Assembly: GCA_027309555.1 (NCBI GenBank)
Contig: DAIDCO010000001.1
Location: forward strand, 13,036-77,035
DNA length: 64,000 bases
Source: a bacterium
Lineage (GTDB): Archaea > Thermoplasmatota > Thermoplasmata > Lutacidiplasmatales > UBA184
Reading direction: 5' to 3'
Under the pieces are notes generated by a model, which saw nothing but the letters and a program-made list of their open reading frames with translations, had not been told where the DNA came from and ran no database searches. Positions 19,243 to 28,865 of the stretch are shown piece by piece (the first letter of the stretch is position 1; every line of letters begins with the position of its first letter). The translations under genes were made by a program, and so were the position numbers.

Positions 19243-19995
19243 ATGTCGGATCTCGCCGGGCACGTCGTCCTCGTGACCGGGGGTTCGCGCGGCATCGGAC
19301 GGGCGATCGCTCTCGAGCTCGGAGCGGCGGGCGCGACCGTGGCGGTCCACTATCGCAGCCGGGCGGCGGACGCCGCGGAGGTCGTCCGCCGTATCGTCGA
19401 GCAGGGGTCGGAGGCCCGCTCGTTTTCCGCGAACGTCGCGAACCGGGCCGAAGCCGCGGCGATGGTCCGCGCTGCGGGCGAATGGAAGGGACGCCTCGAT
19501 GGAGTCGTTACGTCGGCCGGGATCTATCACGGACCCGCGCTCGAGGAGGTCGGTGCCGAGGACTGGGAGGAGATGTTCCGCACCGATGTCGAAGGGACGT
19601 TCCGTACGGTCCAGGCGGCGCGGCCATTCCTCGACCGGTCCGACCGGGCCGCGGTCGTCACGGTCTCCTCGGTCTTGGGCTCCCACGCCGCGGTCGGCGG
19701 CGCCCCCTACCAGATGGCGAAGGCCGCGATCGAGCAGATGACCCGCGCCCTCGCGCTCGAACTCGCGCCTCGCATCCGAGTGAACTCGGTCGCCCCGGGG
19801 TTTATTCGCACCGACATCAACCGGACCGGGCACGAAGACCCCGCCTTCCACGCGCTGGTCGCCCGGTCGACCCCGCTGAAACGCTGGGGAGACCCGGAGG
19901 AGGTCGCGCCGTCCGTTCGCTTCCTCCTGAGCCGGGAGGCGGACTGGGTGACCGGAACGATTCTGGGGATCGACGGAGGGATCGCCCTTCGATGA
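19243..19995 (+). CDS. SDR-family oxidoreductase (FabG-like)
   Basis: TGGSRGIGRA cofactor motif and a Y-x3-K catalytic pair (YQMAK). Confidence 0.9.
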   Translation: MSDLAGHVVLVTGGSRGIGRAIALELGAAGATVAVHYRSRAADAAEVVRRIVEQGSEARSFSANVANRAEAAAMVRAAGEWKGRLDGVVTSAGIYHGPALEEVGAEDWEEMFRTDVEGTFRTVQAARPFLDRSDRAAVVTVSSVLGSHAAVGGAPYQMAKAAIEQMTRALALELAPRIRVNSVAPGFIRTDINRTGHEDPAFHALVARSTPLKRWGDPEEVAPSVRFLLSREADWVTGTILGIDGGIALR

Positions 19996-20771
19996 GCGCC
20001 CCTACGACGCCCCCGCCGCGCGTCGCTCTCGTGACCGGTGGCTCGAGAGGGATCGGGCGGGCCGTCGCGCTCGCGTTCGCCCGAAACGGGGCCGACGTGG
20101 CGTTCAGCTACCGACGCGAGCCGGCGGCGGCCGACGAGACCGCCTCGGCGATCCGCGGGCTCGGCCGACGGGTCTTCTATCGGGCCAGCGACGCGGCCGA
20201 CGCGACCGATGCGGCACGGTTCGTCGAGGAGGCCGCGAGCGAGCTCGGACGCCTCGATGTCGTAGTCCCCAACGCCGGGATCGCTCCCGACACGGGCTGG
20301 GAGGAGGTCGCTCCCGAGACCTGGACGCACCTGCTCTCGACCCTGCTCGTCGGGCCCTACGCCACGGTCCGCGCGGCCACGCCGCATCTCAGGGTCTCGG
20401 GAGGATCGGTCGTCCTCGTCGCCTCCATCGCAGGGTTCTCCGCCTATCCCGAGGAGCTGCCGTACGCGGCCGCGAAGGCAGGAGTGATCTCGCTCGCCCG
20501 CAGCCTGGCCCTCGCCCTCGCTCCTCAGGTTCGAGTGAACGCGGTCGCCCCGGGCTGGGTCCGGACCGGGATGACCCGGGAGCTGTACGACGACCCGCGC
20601 TCCCGGACCGCGATCGAGCGGAGCACGCCCCGGGGCCGATGGGGCGAGCCCGAAGACGTCGCCGCCGCCGTGATCTTCCTCGCGTCGGACGGCGCCCGGT
20701 TCATCACGGGGGAGACCCTCGTCGTCGACGGGGGCGAGAGCTTGGGCTGGCGCGTCGGACGGCTCCGTTAG
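19992..20771 (+). CDS. SDR-family oxidoreductase (FabG-like), second tandem copy
   Basis: ATG at 19992 overlaps the upstream stop (ATGA). Has TGGSRGIGRA and YAAAK motifs. Confidence 0.9.
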   Translation: MSAPTTPPPRVALVTGGSRGIGRAVALAFARNGADVAFSYRREPAAADETASAIRGLGRRVFYRASDAADATDAARFVEEAASELGRLDVVVPNAGIAPDTGWEEVAPETWTHLLSTLLVGPYATVRAATPHLRVSGGSVVLVASIAGFSAYPEELPYAAAKAGVISLARSLALALAPQVRVNAVAPGWVRTGMTRELYDDPRSRTAIERSTPRGRWGEPEDVAAAVIFLASDGARFITGETLVVDGGESLGWRVGRLR

Positions 20772-20784
20772 ATCGGGTCGACGA

Positions 20785-21144
20785 TCAGGCGTAGTGGCTC
20801 AGGCTGCTCCGCTCCTTCTTCGAAGCGTCGCCCTGGTCGCTGCGCTCCTCCCGCCGCCGCTCGCGCTCGCACTCTTCCTCGGAGACCCACTTGAACTCGA
20901 CGTCCTCGGGGTGGTCGTGGGCGATGAACGCGCCGGCCTCGAAGGCGCTCGCGAGGATCTCCTCGAAGTTGTCGGCCTCGTTGCCTTCGAGCCGACCCGC
21001 CGTACGCCAGTACCAGTCCGGTGCTTTCCCCGAGGCTTGAAGATACTCCGTGATCAGGTCGTAGATCGAGCTGCGTTCGTCCGCCAGGCGGACGTGGAGG
21101 TGGCGGTCGTGCTCGTTCGCGGCAGGGGCCTCGGGGTCCGGCAT
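20785..21144 (-). CDS. hypothetical acidic protein
   Basis: A 119-aa ORF with protein-like composition. No family recognised. Confidence 0.45.
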   Translation of the reverse strand: MPDPEAPAANEHDRHLHVRLADERSSIYDLITEYLQASGKAPDWYWRTAGRLEGNEADNFEEILASAFEAGAFIAHDHPEDVEFKWVSEEECERERRREERSDQGDASKKERSSLSHYA

Positions 21145-21191
21145 CGTCCCGAGATGGGGGCGAACGCTATAACGACCCGGCCGAGCGGTCG

Positions 21192-21641
21192 GTGCCGCCG
21201 CAACCCTTCAAGAGCCGCGGTGGCTTGGGGTCGAGCGTCGTGATCTCCGAGCCCGCGAATGCCGGTGCGCCGGCGTCGGTCGCCCAGCGCAATCAGCGCT
21301 ACGTCTTCCTCATCGGCCGATTGCGGAGCCGGCAGATGACCATGGAAGAAGCGACGGAGCTGTTCGCGCTCATGGAGGGGATGCTGCGCGCGAGCGAGGC
21401 GGCGCGAACGGCCCTTCTGCGCACCCCGCCCGCCCCCCCGAGCCTGGCCGCGCCGGCCGCTCCTCCGCGGACGGCGCCCGCGCCGGTCGGGGGCGGAGAC
21501 GATTTCCTGCTCCTCGGGATCCTCGCGATGGGGGCCGGCGCGGGCCTCATCGCGGCGATGGGGAAGCGCATGCAGGATCTCGCCTCGTCGCCGGCGCCCG
21601 GATCGGGGCGGACCGTTCCATCGGCCGCGAAGTCCCCCTAG
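21192..21641 (+). CDS. hypothetical protein with C-terminal TM helix
   Basis: GTG start. A helical segment, a P/A-rich linker and one TM helix (FLLLGILAMGAGAGLIAAMG). It ends 9 nt before mre11. The start is uncertain. Confidence 0.4.
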   Translation: MPPQPFKSRGGLGSSVVISEPANAGAPASVAQRNQRYVFLIGRLRSRQMTMEEATELFALMEGMLRASEAARTALLRTPPAPPSLAAPAAPPRTAPAPVGGGDDFLLLGILAMGAGAGLIAAMGKRMQDLASSPAPGSGRTVPSAAKSP

Positions 21642-21650
21642 GGAGACCGG

Positions 21651-22931
21651 ATGGCACGCGACCGGTTCGTCTTTGCCCATCTCGCGGACGCGCATGTAGG
21701 CGCCTGGCCGCGAGACCCTTCGGTGCGGGCGGCTCTGCGCCAGAGCCTGCTCCGCGCGCTCGAGGTCGCCGAGGCCCGGGACGCGGAGTTCCTCCTGATC
21801 TCGGGCGACCTCTTTCACACGCCGGTACCGGACCCGGGCGAGGTGGCCCCGGTGGCCGCCGCGCTCCGCCGGCTGGTCGACGACGGTCGCCGCATCTACG
21901 TCATCTACGGCTCCCACGACTACGTCGCCCACCGAACGAGTTGGCTCGACGTGCTCGCGGAGACCGGCGTCTTCCTCCGGGTGGCTCCCGAGGCGGTGCG
22001 CACCGAAGGGACCCGATGGAGTCTGCCGTACCTCGTGGACGAGCCGACCGGGGCGCGCATCGCGGGCATCTCGGGCCGCTCCCACGGCCTCGACCGAGAG
22101 TATTTCCGTGCGGTCGATTCCGAGGCGTTTCGGGCGGAGCCGGGATTCAAGGTCTTCCAGTTCCACGCAGCGGTCGAGGACTACCTCCCCCCTTCGCTCC
22201 GCGAGCACATTCACGGGATCCGGGTCGAGGATCTGCCGACCGGTTGTGACTACTACGCCGGGGGGCACATCCACTTCACGTACGAAGGGACGGGCCCGGG
22301 AGGGGGACTCCTCGTCAATCCGGGCCCGGTCTTCGGCACGAGCCGGACCGACCTCGAGAACGGTCTGGCCGGGCGCACCCACCAGGGAATCGCCATCGTG
22401 ACGGTCGCGAACGGGACCCCGACCGTGGAGTTCGTCGACACGGCTCCGCGCGACCTCGTGCGGCTCGTGGACGTGGACGTGTCGGGAAAGAGCGTGGAGG
22501 AGGCGCGCGCGGAGCTCCGCGAACGGGTGGAGGGCGAGGCGAGGCCCGGCACGCTCGTCTTTCCTCGCGTCCACGGGACGCTCTCCGACGGGAGCGTCGC
22601 GAGCCTCGCCCTCGCCGACCTGGGCCGAACGGCGGGCAAGGCGGCTGGCAGCGTGCACTGGGACGTGCGGGACCTCCTCCCGGCGAGCCCGGACGGAACC
22701 CTCGCGACCACCGAGAGCGACGTCGAAGGTACCGGACTGCGCGAACTCCTCACCGCGTCGCGTCCGGGCGCCTCCTGGCTCGAAGGGCCGGAAGGGGAAC
22801 GCCGCGTACGGGAGCTCCTGCGGGAGCTCGGGCTCCCGAAGGGGGACGGAGAGTCCCGCCAGGACTACACGAACGCTCGGCTCTCGAGCGCACGCCACCT
22901 GCTCGGCGTCCGCGACGAGGGTGGGGCGTAG
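21651..22931 (+). CDS. mre11: DNA double-strand break repair nuclease Mre11
   Basis: Calcineurin-like phosphoesterase motifs DAHVG, GDLFH, GSHD and GGHIH. Confidence 0.9.
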   Translation: MARDRFVFAHLADAHVGAWPRDPSVRAALRQSLLRALEVAEARDAEFLLISGDLFHTPVPDPGEVAPVAAALRRLVDDGRRIYVIYGSHDYVAHRTSWLDVLAETGVFLRVAPEAVRTEGTRWSLPYLVDEPTGARIAGISGRSHGLDREYFRAVDSEAFRAEPGFKVFQFHAAVEDYLPPSLREHIHGIRVEDLPTGCDYYAGGHIHFTYEGTGPGGGLLVNPGPVFGTSRTDLENGLAGRTHQGIAIVTVANGTPTVEFVDTAPRDLVRLVDVDVSGKSVEEARAELRERVEGEARPGTLVFPRVHGTLSDGSVASLALADLGRTAGKAAGSVHWDVRDLLPASPDGTLATTESDVEGTGLRELLTASRPGASWLEGPEGERRVRELLRELGLPKGDGESRQDYTNARLSSARHLLGVRDEGGA

Positions 22932-25578
22932 GAGCGCGGAGTCCGTGCAGCTGCGGCGACTGCGGGTGCGGAACATCCGCAGCTACGAGTCCGGCGCGGT
23001 CGATTTCCCGGCAGGAGCGACCCTCCTCTCGGGGGATGTCGGCGCCGGGAAGACCAGCCTCCTCTACGCGATCGAGATGGCGCTCTTCGGCGTCGCCGAG
23101 GTCGACGCCGCCTACCTCGTGCGCCACGGCGCGTCGCACGCGGAGGTCGACGTCGAGTTCGAGGACGCCGAGCACCGCTACCGGATCTTTCGACGCTTCC
23201 GCCGCGTGCGTCGCAAGGGCAAGCCGACGTTCGAGCCGGAGAAGATCTCGTTCCGGGTCGACGGCGCGGAGACGACCTACTCGGCGACCGAGCTGCGGCA
23301 GCGCGTCATCGAGCTCCTCGGTTTTCCGGACAATCCGAATCCGCAGGCCCACTCGGACCTCTGGCGCTGGGCCGTGTACGTCCCCCAGGAGCGGATGCGG
23401 GACATTCTCGGCGCACGCCCCCAGGACCGGCTCGAGACGGTGCGCAAGGCCCTCGGGGTCGAGCGGTACCGGATCGCGTCGGACAACGCGCAGGAGCTCG
23501 CGACCGACCTGCGTCACCGCATGGCGGGTCGTCGGGCGGAAGCCGAGCGCCTACGCCACTTCGACCTCGAGCATAGCGAGGCGACCCTCGAGGCCGATCG
23601 GCTCGGGATCGAGCGGCGATCCCTCGAACGGTCGATCGCCGAACGGACGACCGCGGTCGCGACGGCGCAGGCAACGCTCGCTCGCGCCGACGCCCTCGTT
23701 CGGCAGACCGAGGCGGACCGTCGCGAGCTCGCGAGCCTCGAACGCGAGCAGACTTCGGACGCCCGTCTCCTCGCCGACGGCGCCCGCGGGCGCGCCGAGC
23801 GGATCGAGGAGGCGGCCCGTCGGGAGCGCGAGGCGAAGGAAGCGGGCGCGGAAGCGCTCGAACGGGAACCCCGGCGCGAACGCCTCTCTGCGGCCGAGAC
23901 GGCGCGCGCGGCGACGCGCGCCGCGATCGACCGGCAGGCTGCGGTCCTGCGATCGCTCACCCAGGCCCGGGCCGAACTCGCCGCTGCCGGCCGCCGGACG
24001 AACGAGCTGGAACGCACGCTCGGTGCGGCCGAGCGGGAACGGGACGACCTCCGCCGGGACCTCGCCTTGGTCGGGAAGGAGGGGCCGGCCCGCGAGCCCC
24101 CGGCACCGACGCCGCGGTCGCTCGGGGAGATCGACGGAGCGCTTGGCGCCGCGCGAGAGGCAGAGTCCGAACGGCTCGGCGCGCTCGCTCGCGGGCGCGC
24201 GGCGCTCGGCGAGGTCGAATCGCTCCTCTCGGCCGGGGTCTGTCCCCGGTGCCACCAGCCGGTCCGCTCCCAGGATTTTGAGGGTCATCGAGCGGAGGCC
24301 GAGTCGGCGGTACGCGAGCTCGAGGTGAACTACGGGACGACGGTCGCGGCCCGGGAACGGCTCGAGGAGGAGCGACGAGCCCGCGAGCGCTACGAGCGGG
24401 CCCACGAGCGATGGCAGGAGCTAGAGAAGCGTCGCAGCCTTGCCGCGGCCGCGCGCACCCGCGCTGAGGAAGCGGTGCGCTCCGCGACCGAGACGCTCGC
24501 GAGTGCCCGTGCCGCGCGCTCGGAGGCCGCCGCCCGGGTCGAAGCGCTCGCGTCGGCGGAAAGGGGGGAGACGGACCTGCGCGAGGAACTTGAGCGGCGC
24601 GAGGAGGAGTGCCGACGCATCGGCGCCGAGCTGGAGCGGGCGAACCTCGCCGCCGAGCGAGAGCGCGCCGCGTCGAACGCGCGGGACGCCCTGCGGGCGG
24701 AGGTGGGCCGACTCGACCGAGAGCTCGCGATCGCTCACGAACGCTCCGTGGCCCGAGCGGACCGCCTCTCCGCGCTCCGGACGACGCTCGTCGGCGCGGA
24801 CGATCGAGACCGGCAGCGCGAGGAGGCCGAACGGGCCGTCGCGGCCGCCTCCCAAGCGCTCTCGGCCGAGCAGGTCGTCGAGGCCCGGGTCGAGGCCCGC
24901 CTCGAGGAGACCGCCCGCCGGATCCGCGCGGCCGAGCGGGGCCGGGCCGAGCGGGCGACCCTCCTCGAGGAATCGAACGACCTCGAGCAAAAGGCGGAGT
25001 GGGTCGCGGGCCCGTTCCGCACGGCGCTCCTCACGATGGAGAAGAAGCTGCTCGCCCACGCCCAAGGGCTCTTCGACCGGAATCTCGCGCGCTACTTCTC
25101 CGCCCTCCTCGACGACCCCGCGCTCGTGGCGGGGACCGACACCGCGTTCTCGCCAGTGGTCTGGATCGAGGGAGAGTGGACCCCCGCCGAGGCGCTCAGC
25201 GGCGGGGAGCGCACCAGCCTCGCGCTCGCGTTCCGGCTCGCGCTCGCCCAGGTCGTGCGCAGCCTCGGGAGCCTTCGACTCGACACGGTCCTCCTCGACG
25301 AACCGACCGACGGGTTCTCGCCGGAACAGGTCGTCCGAATGGGCGAGCTGCTCGACGAGCTTGCGCTTCCCCAGGTGGTGATCGTCTCCCACGAGTCCGA
25401 GCTCGCCGGGATCGCCGACCGGGTCGTCCGTGTCGAGAAGCGCGACGGTCGCTCGACCCTCGTGCGGGGGGGCGACGGCGGAACGCCCGATGCCCCGGCA
25501 CCGCCCGAAGCGCCCACGGCCTCGGTCCGGGCGGCGCGCCGCCGGGCGTCGGGCGCCTCCCCGCCCCTCGATGGCTAG
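22921..25578 (+). CDS. rad50: DNA double-strand break repair ATPase Rad50
   Basis: Walker A GDVGAGKTS, a long coiled coil with a CPRC zinc hook, signature LSGGERTSLALA and Walker B/D-loop LLDEPTDGF. An alternative GTG start at 22945 (MQLRRLRVRNIRSY) is possible. Confidence 0.92.
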   Translation: MGRRSAESVQLRRLRVRNIRSYESGAVDFPAGATLLSGDVGAGKTSLLYAIEMALFGVAEVDAAYLVRHGASHAEVDVEFEDAEHRYRIFRRFRRVRRKGKPTFEPEKISFRVDGAETTYSATELRQRVIELLGFPDNPNPQAHSDLWRWAVYVPQERMRDILGARPQDRLETVRKALGVERYRIASDNAQELATDLRHRMAGRRAEAERLRHFDLEHSEATLEADRLGIERRSLERSIAERTTAVATAQATLARADALVRQTEADRRELASLEREQTSDARLLADGARGRAERIEEAARREREAKEAGAEALEREPRRERLSAAETARAATRAAIDRQAAVLRSLTQARAELAAAGRRTNELERTLGAAERERDDLRRDLALVGKEGPAREPPAPTPRSLGEIDGALGAAREAESERLGALARGRAALGEVESLLSAGVCPRCHQPVRSQDFEGHRAEAESAVRELEVNYGTTVAARERLEEERRARERYERAHERWQELEKRRSLAAAARTRAEEAVRSATETLASARAARSEAAARVEALASAERGETDLREELERREEECRRIGAELERANLAAERERAASNARDALRAEVGRLDRELAIAHERSVARADRLSALRTTLVGADDRDRQREEAERAVAAASQALSAEQVVEARVEARLEETARRIRAAERGRAERATLLEESNDLEQKAEWVAGPFRTALLTMEKKLLAHAQGLFDRNLARYFSALLDDPALVAGTDTAFSPVVWIEGEWTPAEALSGGERTSLALAFRLALAQVVRSLGSLRLDTVLLDEPTDGFSPEQVVRMGELLDELALPQVVIVSHESELAGIADRVVRVEKRDGRSTLVRGGDGGTPDAPAPPEAPTASVRAARRRASGASPPLDG

Positions 25579-26840
25579 GCCAGAAGGCCCGCGAACGGCT
25601 CCGCGCCCCATGGCAGCCGGGCGGCGACCTCGAGGTTCTCGGAGAGGTGCTCGGAGCGCTTCTGACCGATGAGCGGCCCGAGCGTACCCGGCGCCGAGCG
25701 GGCGAACTGGAGCGCCGTCTGGGCGGAGGTGAGCCCGTTGCGCTTTGGGCCGGTGCGAGCGAGCTGGCCCTGGAACAGGGGAACGCTCGTAAAGCATCCG
25801 AGACCGAGCTTCCGGGCGGCGGAGAAGAGGTCGACGACCTCTCCGCCCGCCGGCTGGTTGCGCAGCGTGGCCGCTTCGGGCATGACGAGGTTGAACGGGA
25901 ACTGGAGGAAGCGGAAGCCGTGGTCGGCGCCTCCGACCTTTCTCGCGACGCGGACCGCCGACTCGAGCGAGAGGTACCCCGCGTCGGTGCGGCGCGCGCG
26001 CAAGCAGTCCCAGGTGGCGAGCCCATAGAACGAGAGCCGGTCCTGCGTGCGGAACCCCTCGAAGACGCGGAACGCCGCTTCGAGCCGGGCGAGGAACGCC
26101 TCCCGACCGACGACCGGGATCTGCGCGTCCGGCCCGTTGTGCAGGTAGAGGAGGTCGAGGCTGGCGAGCCCGAGGTTGTCGAGGGACCGTCGGAACTGGT
26201 CGGTGAGGTACGAGGGGCTCATCGCGTGGCAATGGTCGACGATGTCGGCGGGGTCGAGAATGCCCGGACGCACGAGTTCTTCCTCGACCCATCGCTCGGG
26301 CGGGATCTTCGACTCGGCGTCCGGGGCGAGGTAGCCGTTCTTCGACGCGACGAACACCTCGTCCCGCGCGACCTCGCCGCGTTCGACCAGCTGAGCGAGT
26401 CCGCGGCCGAGGCTGCGCTCGGCCCGCTGGTAGCGGTAATTGATGGCCGTATCCAGCACGTTCACACGGCCCGAAGTAAGGCAGACCGTCGCCGACTCTT
26501 GGACGGCGAGGTCGGTGACCGCGTCGGGCGGTCCGATGTATGTGCCGAGGCCGAGCGAGGAGACCCAGAGCTTCCCGGGCGCGGGCCGGAAGTGCTCGAG
26601 CGGAAGACGACGGTCCCGCACGGCCCGGTCCCGGAACCGGGTCGTCCCTTCGGGGGTCGCCTTTCCCGTGAGGAGAGGCACGGGAGGCGGGGAGCGCGCA
26701 TCCTCAAAAGCCGACCGGGTGGTCGCCGGCTGCGGCCCCGGCGCGTCACTCTGAAGAGCCTCGGGGACCTGCCGCCCCCCTCGCAGGGATGCCGCGGCGC
26801 AAGTACGGACGGCTCCGGAAACCGATCCCGCCAGTTCCAC
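25575..26840 (-). CDS. aldo/keto reductase
   Basis: AKR core (LGLGTY..., ...NVLDTAINY...). The N-terminal 53 codons are P/A-rich. A GTG at 26681 (VPLLTGKATPEGTTRF) is a plausible true start. Confidence 0.8.
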   Translation of the reverse strand: MELAGSVSGAVRTCAAASLRGGRQVPEALQSDAPGPQPATTRSAFEDARSPPPVPLLTGKATPEGTTRFRDRAVRDRRLPLEHFRPAPGKLWVSSLGLGTYIGPPDAVTDLAVQESATVCLTSGRVNVLDTAINYRYQRAERSLGRGLAQLVERGEVARDEVFVASKNGYLAPDAESKIPPERWVEEELVRPGILDPADIVDHCHAMSPSYLTDQFRRSLDNLGLASLDLLYLHNGPDAQIPVVGREAFLARLEAAFRVFEGFRTQDRLSFYGLATWDCLRARRTDAGYLSLESAVRVARKVGGADHGFRFLQFPFNLVMPEAATLRNQPAGGEVVDLFSAARKLGLGCFTSVPLFQGQLARTGPKRNGLTSAQTALQFARSAPGTLGPLIGQKRSEHLSENLEVAARLPWGAEPFAGLLA

Positions 26841-26963
26841 GCGAGAAGTGCCGCCTTTGCCGGCTGAAGCGGGCCTGCCCGCTCCACGGGCGAAGCGAGT
26901 CGCACTGACCGGCGGCGAGCGAGCGTCCCGCGGGGAGTCGGGCAGCGGGCCCGGCCGACGAGC

Positions 26964-27170
26964 TCAGGCGTCGGTTCGGTGTCCCCGTCGAGGGAGCGGC
27001 CGGCCGCCCGAGATCGCGCCGACCGGGCAGTACGGGACGCACCAGCCGCATTCGGTGCAGTTCGAAAGGACGAGGAGTCGTGTCGCGGTGAGCTCCATCG
27101 CGTTCGGCGGACAGACTCCCGTGCAGAGCCCGCACAGCACGCAGAGGTCCGGGTCGACCACGACCGACAT
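26964..27170 (-). CDS. 2x[4Fe-4S] ferredoxin
   Basis: Two Cys clusters: CVLCGLCTGVCP and CTECGWCVPYCP. Confidence 0.85.
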   Translation of the reverse strand: MSVVVDPDLCVLCGLCTGVCPPNAMELTATRLLVLSNCTECGWCVPYCPVGAISGGRPLPRRGHRTDA

Positions 27171-27203
27171 CGCGTTCAGGCTCCGGTGCGCGCGAGGCGG
27201 CGT

Positions 27204-27593
27204 TCATTCCGTGGCGATCGGCGGCCCGGCGTGAAGCGCTCGACCGAAGGCCACGAACCCGGTGAGGGCGCACTTGATCCGAGCGGGCGAGAGCGGGATC
27301 CCGAGCATCTGGAAGACCGAATCCCGGTCGAGGCGACCCGCCTCTTCGAGCGAGAGCCCGCGGAGCTTCTCGGTCAGCAGGGAGCTGCTGGCCACGCTGA
27401 TCGCGCAACCGTCCCCCTCGAACCGGACCTCGTCGATCCTCTGCGCCGCGTCATCGACCTTGAGGCGCATCGTGATGTGGTCACCGCAGAGCGGATTCGA
27501 CTCTTCCCCGACCCGATTCGCGCCCTCGAGGGGGCCGAAGTTCTTCGGGGTCCGGTAATGCTGGAGGATGACCTCCTGGTACATGTCGTACAT
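27204..27593 (-). CDS. sufU: SufU/IscU-type Fe-S cluster scaffold
   Basis: LQHYRTPKNFG, NPLCGD, GDGCAIS and KCA motifs. ATG at 27593 (MYDMYQ). The first six codons lie in or next to the attL repeat. Confidence 0.85.
   Translation of the reverse strand: MYDMYQEVILQHYRTPKNFGPLEGANRVGEESNPLCGDHITMRLKVDDAAQRIDEVRFEGDGCAISVASSSLLTEKLRGLSLEEAGRLDRDSVFQMLGIPLSPARIKCALTGFVAFGRALHAGPPIATE
27576..27590. repeat. attL core (CTGGTACATGTCGTA)
   Basis: Exact copy of the 15-mer at 31735-31749. On the minus strand it encodes YDMYQ of sufU. Confidence 0.6.
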
Positions 27594-27759
27594 CGTCAGG
27601 GAATCACTGTTACCCAAGTCAAACCGACCTCATAAGCGCACTCTCGGAGCTTACCTCGTGGACCACTAAGTTACCAACCCTTTCGGCGGGGCCCGGGGAA
27701 CCGGGTCCCGTTCTTTGTTTCATCTGCGGGATGGAACACACCCTCGGAGGACCGTGCCC

Positions 27760-28020
27760 ATGAGCGGTCCCCCGCCTCCCTCCTGGCCGACTCCCCAGCG
27801 TGGGAACGAGGGCTATCGGTGCGGAACTTGCGGTCACCGGGTCAAAACCCACTGGTACGATCGGGCGGACTCCCGGTTCCGAGACCACCCTCGGACGTAC
27901 TGGTGCCAGATTTGCGGAGCCTACTGCCCCGATGAATCGGTCCTGACCCCGCGCGCCAAGGCGGCTAGGGAACGATTCTCACGAAAGCCACAAGGGTCCG
28001 GAGCAGGGGGGGCCCTATGA
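27760..28020 (+). CDS. element ORF, zinc-ribbon protein
   Basis: ATG at 27760. Has CGTC-x23-CQIC. Its stop overlaps the next start (ATGA). Confidence 0.45.
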   Translation: MSGPPPPSWPTPQRGNEGYRCGTCGHRVKTHWYDRADSRFRDHPRTYWCQICGAYCPDESVLTPRAKAARERFSRKPQGSGAGGAL

Positions 28021-28145
28021 CCGTCTTACCCCGCCCCCTGGCCTTCCGGGAACGCGGGATCCGGGTATGCCCCCGGTGTGCTAAGCCGTTCTTTGCCCGC
28101 AATTTGGACTGGCACGTTAGAAAAGCCCACGGAGGCAAGCCGTGA
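28017..28145 (+). CDS. element ORF, 42-aa C2H2 zinc finger
   Basis: Below the ORF-track length cutoff. Product is MTVLPRPLAFRERGIRVCPRCAKPFFARNLDWHVRKAHGGKP (C-x2-C-x11-H-x4-H). It has an ATGA overlap upstream and a GTGA overlap downstream. Confidence 0.4.
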   Translation: MTVLPRPLAFRERGIRVCPRCAKPFFARNLDWHVRKAHGGKP

Positions 28146-28528
28146 CCGGTTGGTCCTGGTTGGACCGCTACCTTCCGCCCGGGCCAATCCGGGAGGGCGG
28201 CCGCCATAACACGTTAGTCTCCTTCGCCGGGAAACTCCGATACCGGGGGACGGATGAAGAACGCATAGTATCGATACTTTCGGAGGTAAACCGGGATCGG
28301 TGCGTGCCTTCTCTTTCCGACCTTGAAATCCGAACCATAGCCCGTACCGCCTCCTCTCGCCCACCCACGGTAACAGACGACAACCCTAGCCGTCCCAGAT
28401 CGCCGCATACTCACCGTTTCCACTTCTTCAACCTTGATGCGCCGGGCCCCTGGGAAGGGGTCCCATGTCTCGACTGTACCGACCCAGTCCCACCAATGGA
28501 CCTAGGAGACATTCCACGATTTTGGTAA
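28142..28528 (+). CDS. element ORF, PriCT-1-like (primase C-terminal) domain protein
   Basis: GGRHNTLVSFAGKLRYRGTDEERIVSILSEVNRDRCVPSLSDLEIRTIARTA matches the PriCT-1 pattern G.RN..L...A..L...G......I......N.....PL...E. Confidence 0.55.
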   Translation: MTGWSWLDRYLPPGPIREGGRHNTLVSFAGKLRYRGTDEERIVSILSEVNRDRCVPSLSDLEIRTIARTASSRPPTVTDDNPSRPRSPHTHRFHFFNLDAPGPWEGVPCLDCTDPVPPMDLGDIPRFW

Positions 28529-28865
28529 AGTAGCAGCATCAACCCCTTCGGCGAAAGCCGGGTGGCCCGCTGTAGGTGCCCGGTGAGTATCGATCCGCAT
28601 GGGGCGAACGGGAGCGGTAAGCAGTCCGCACCGGGCCTCTTCAGTGAGGGATACATGCGGACAATCGGGACGGTCAAGGAGCCTTCCGCCGCAGTTTCCG
28701 AGGTCCCCAGGAGGGGACCAAGAGGGGGGAGGCTATCGCCGGTCAAATAACTTGGACCGAAGGACAAGCCCCATCGTAGGTTAGGTATTGATATGGTTTA
28801 GAAGGGCTCGTAACAGAATCCTTAGAGTAAACAGAATACTTATGTAACTCTGTGTTATAGGGTGT

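Noticed and set aside
27594-27617. TTG-initiated 8-codon N-terminal extension of sufU (MGNSDSLT-)
   Set aside because: The extension lies in element DNA, beyond the att repeat. ATG 27593 gives the canonical SufU N-terminus (MYDMYQEVILQHY). I kept the shorter model, although use of the TTG cannot be excluded.
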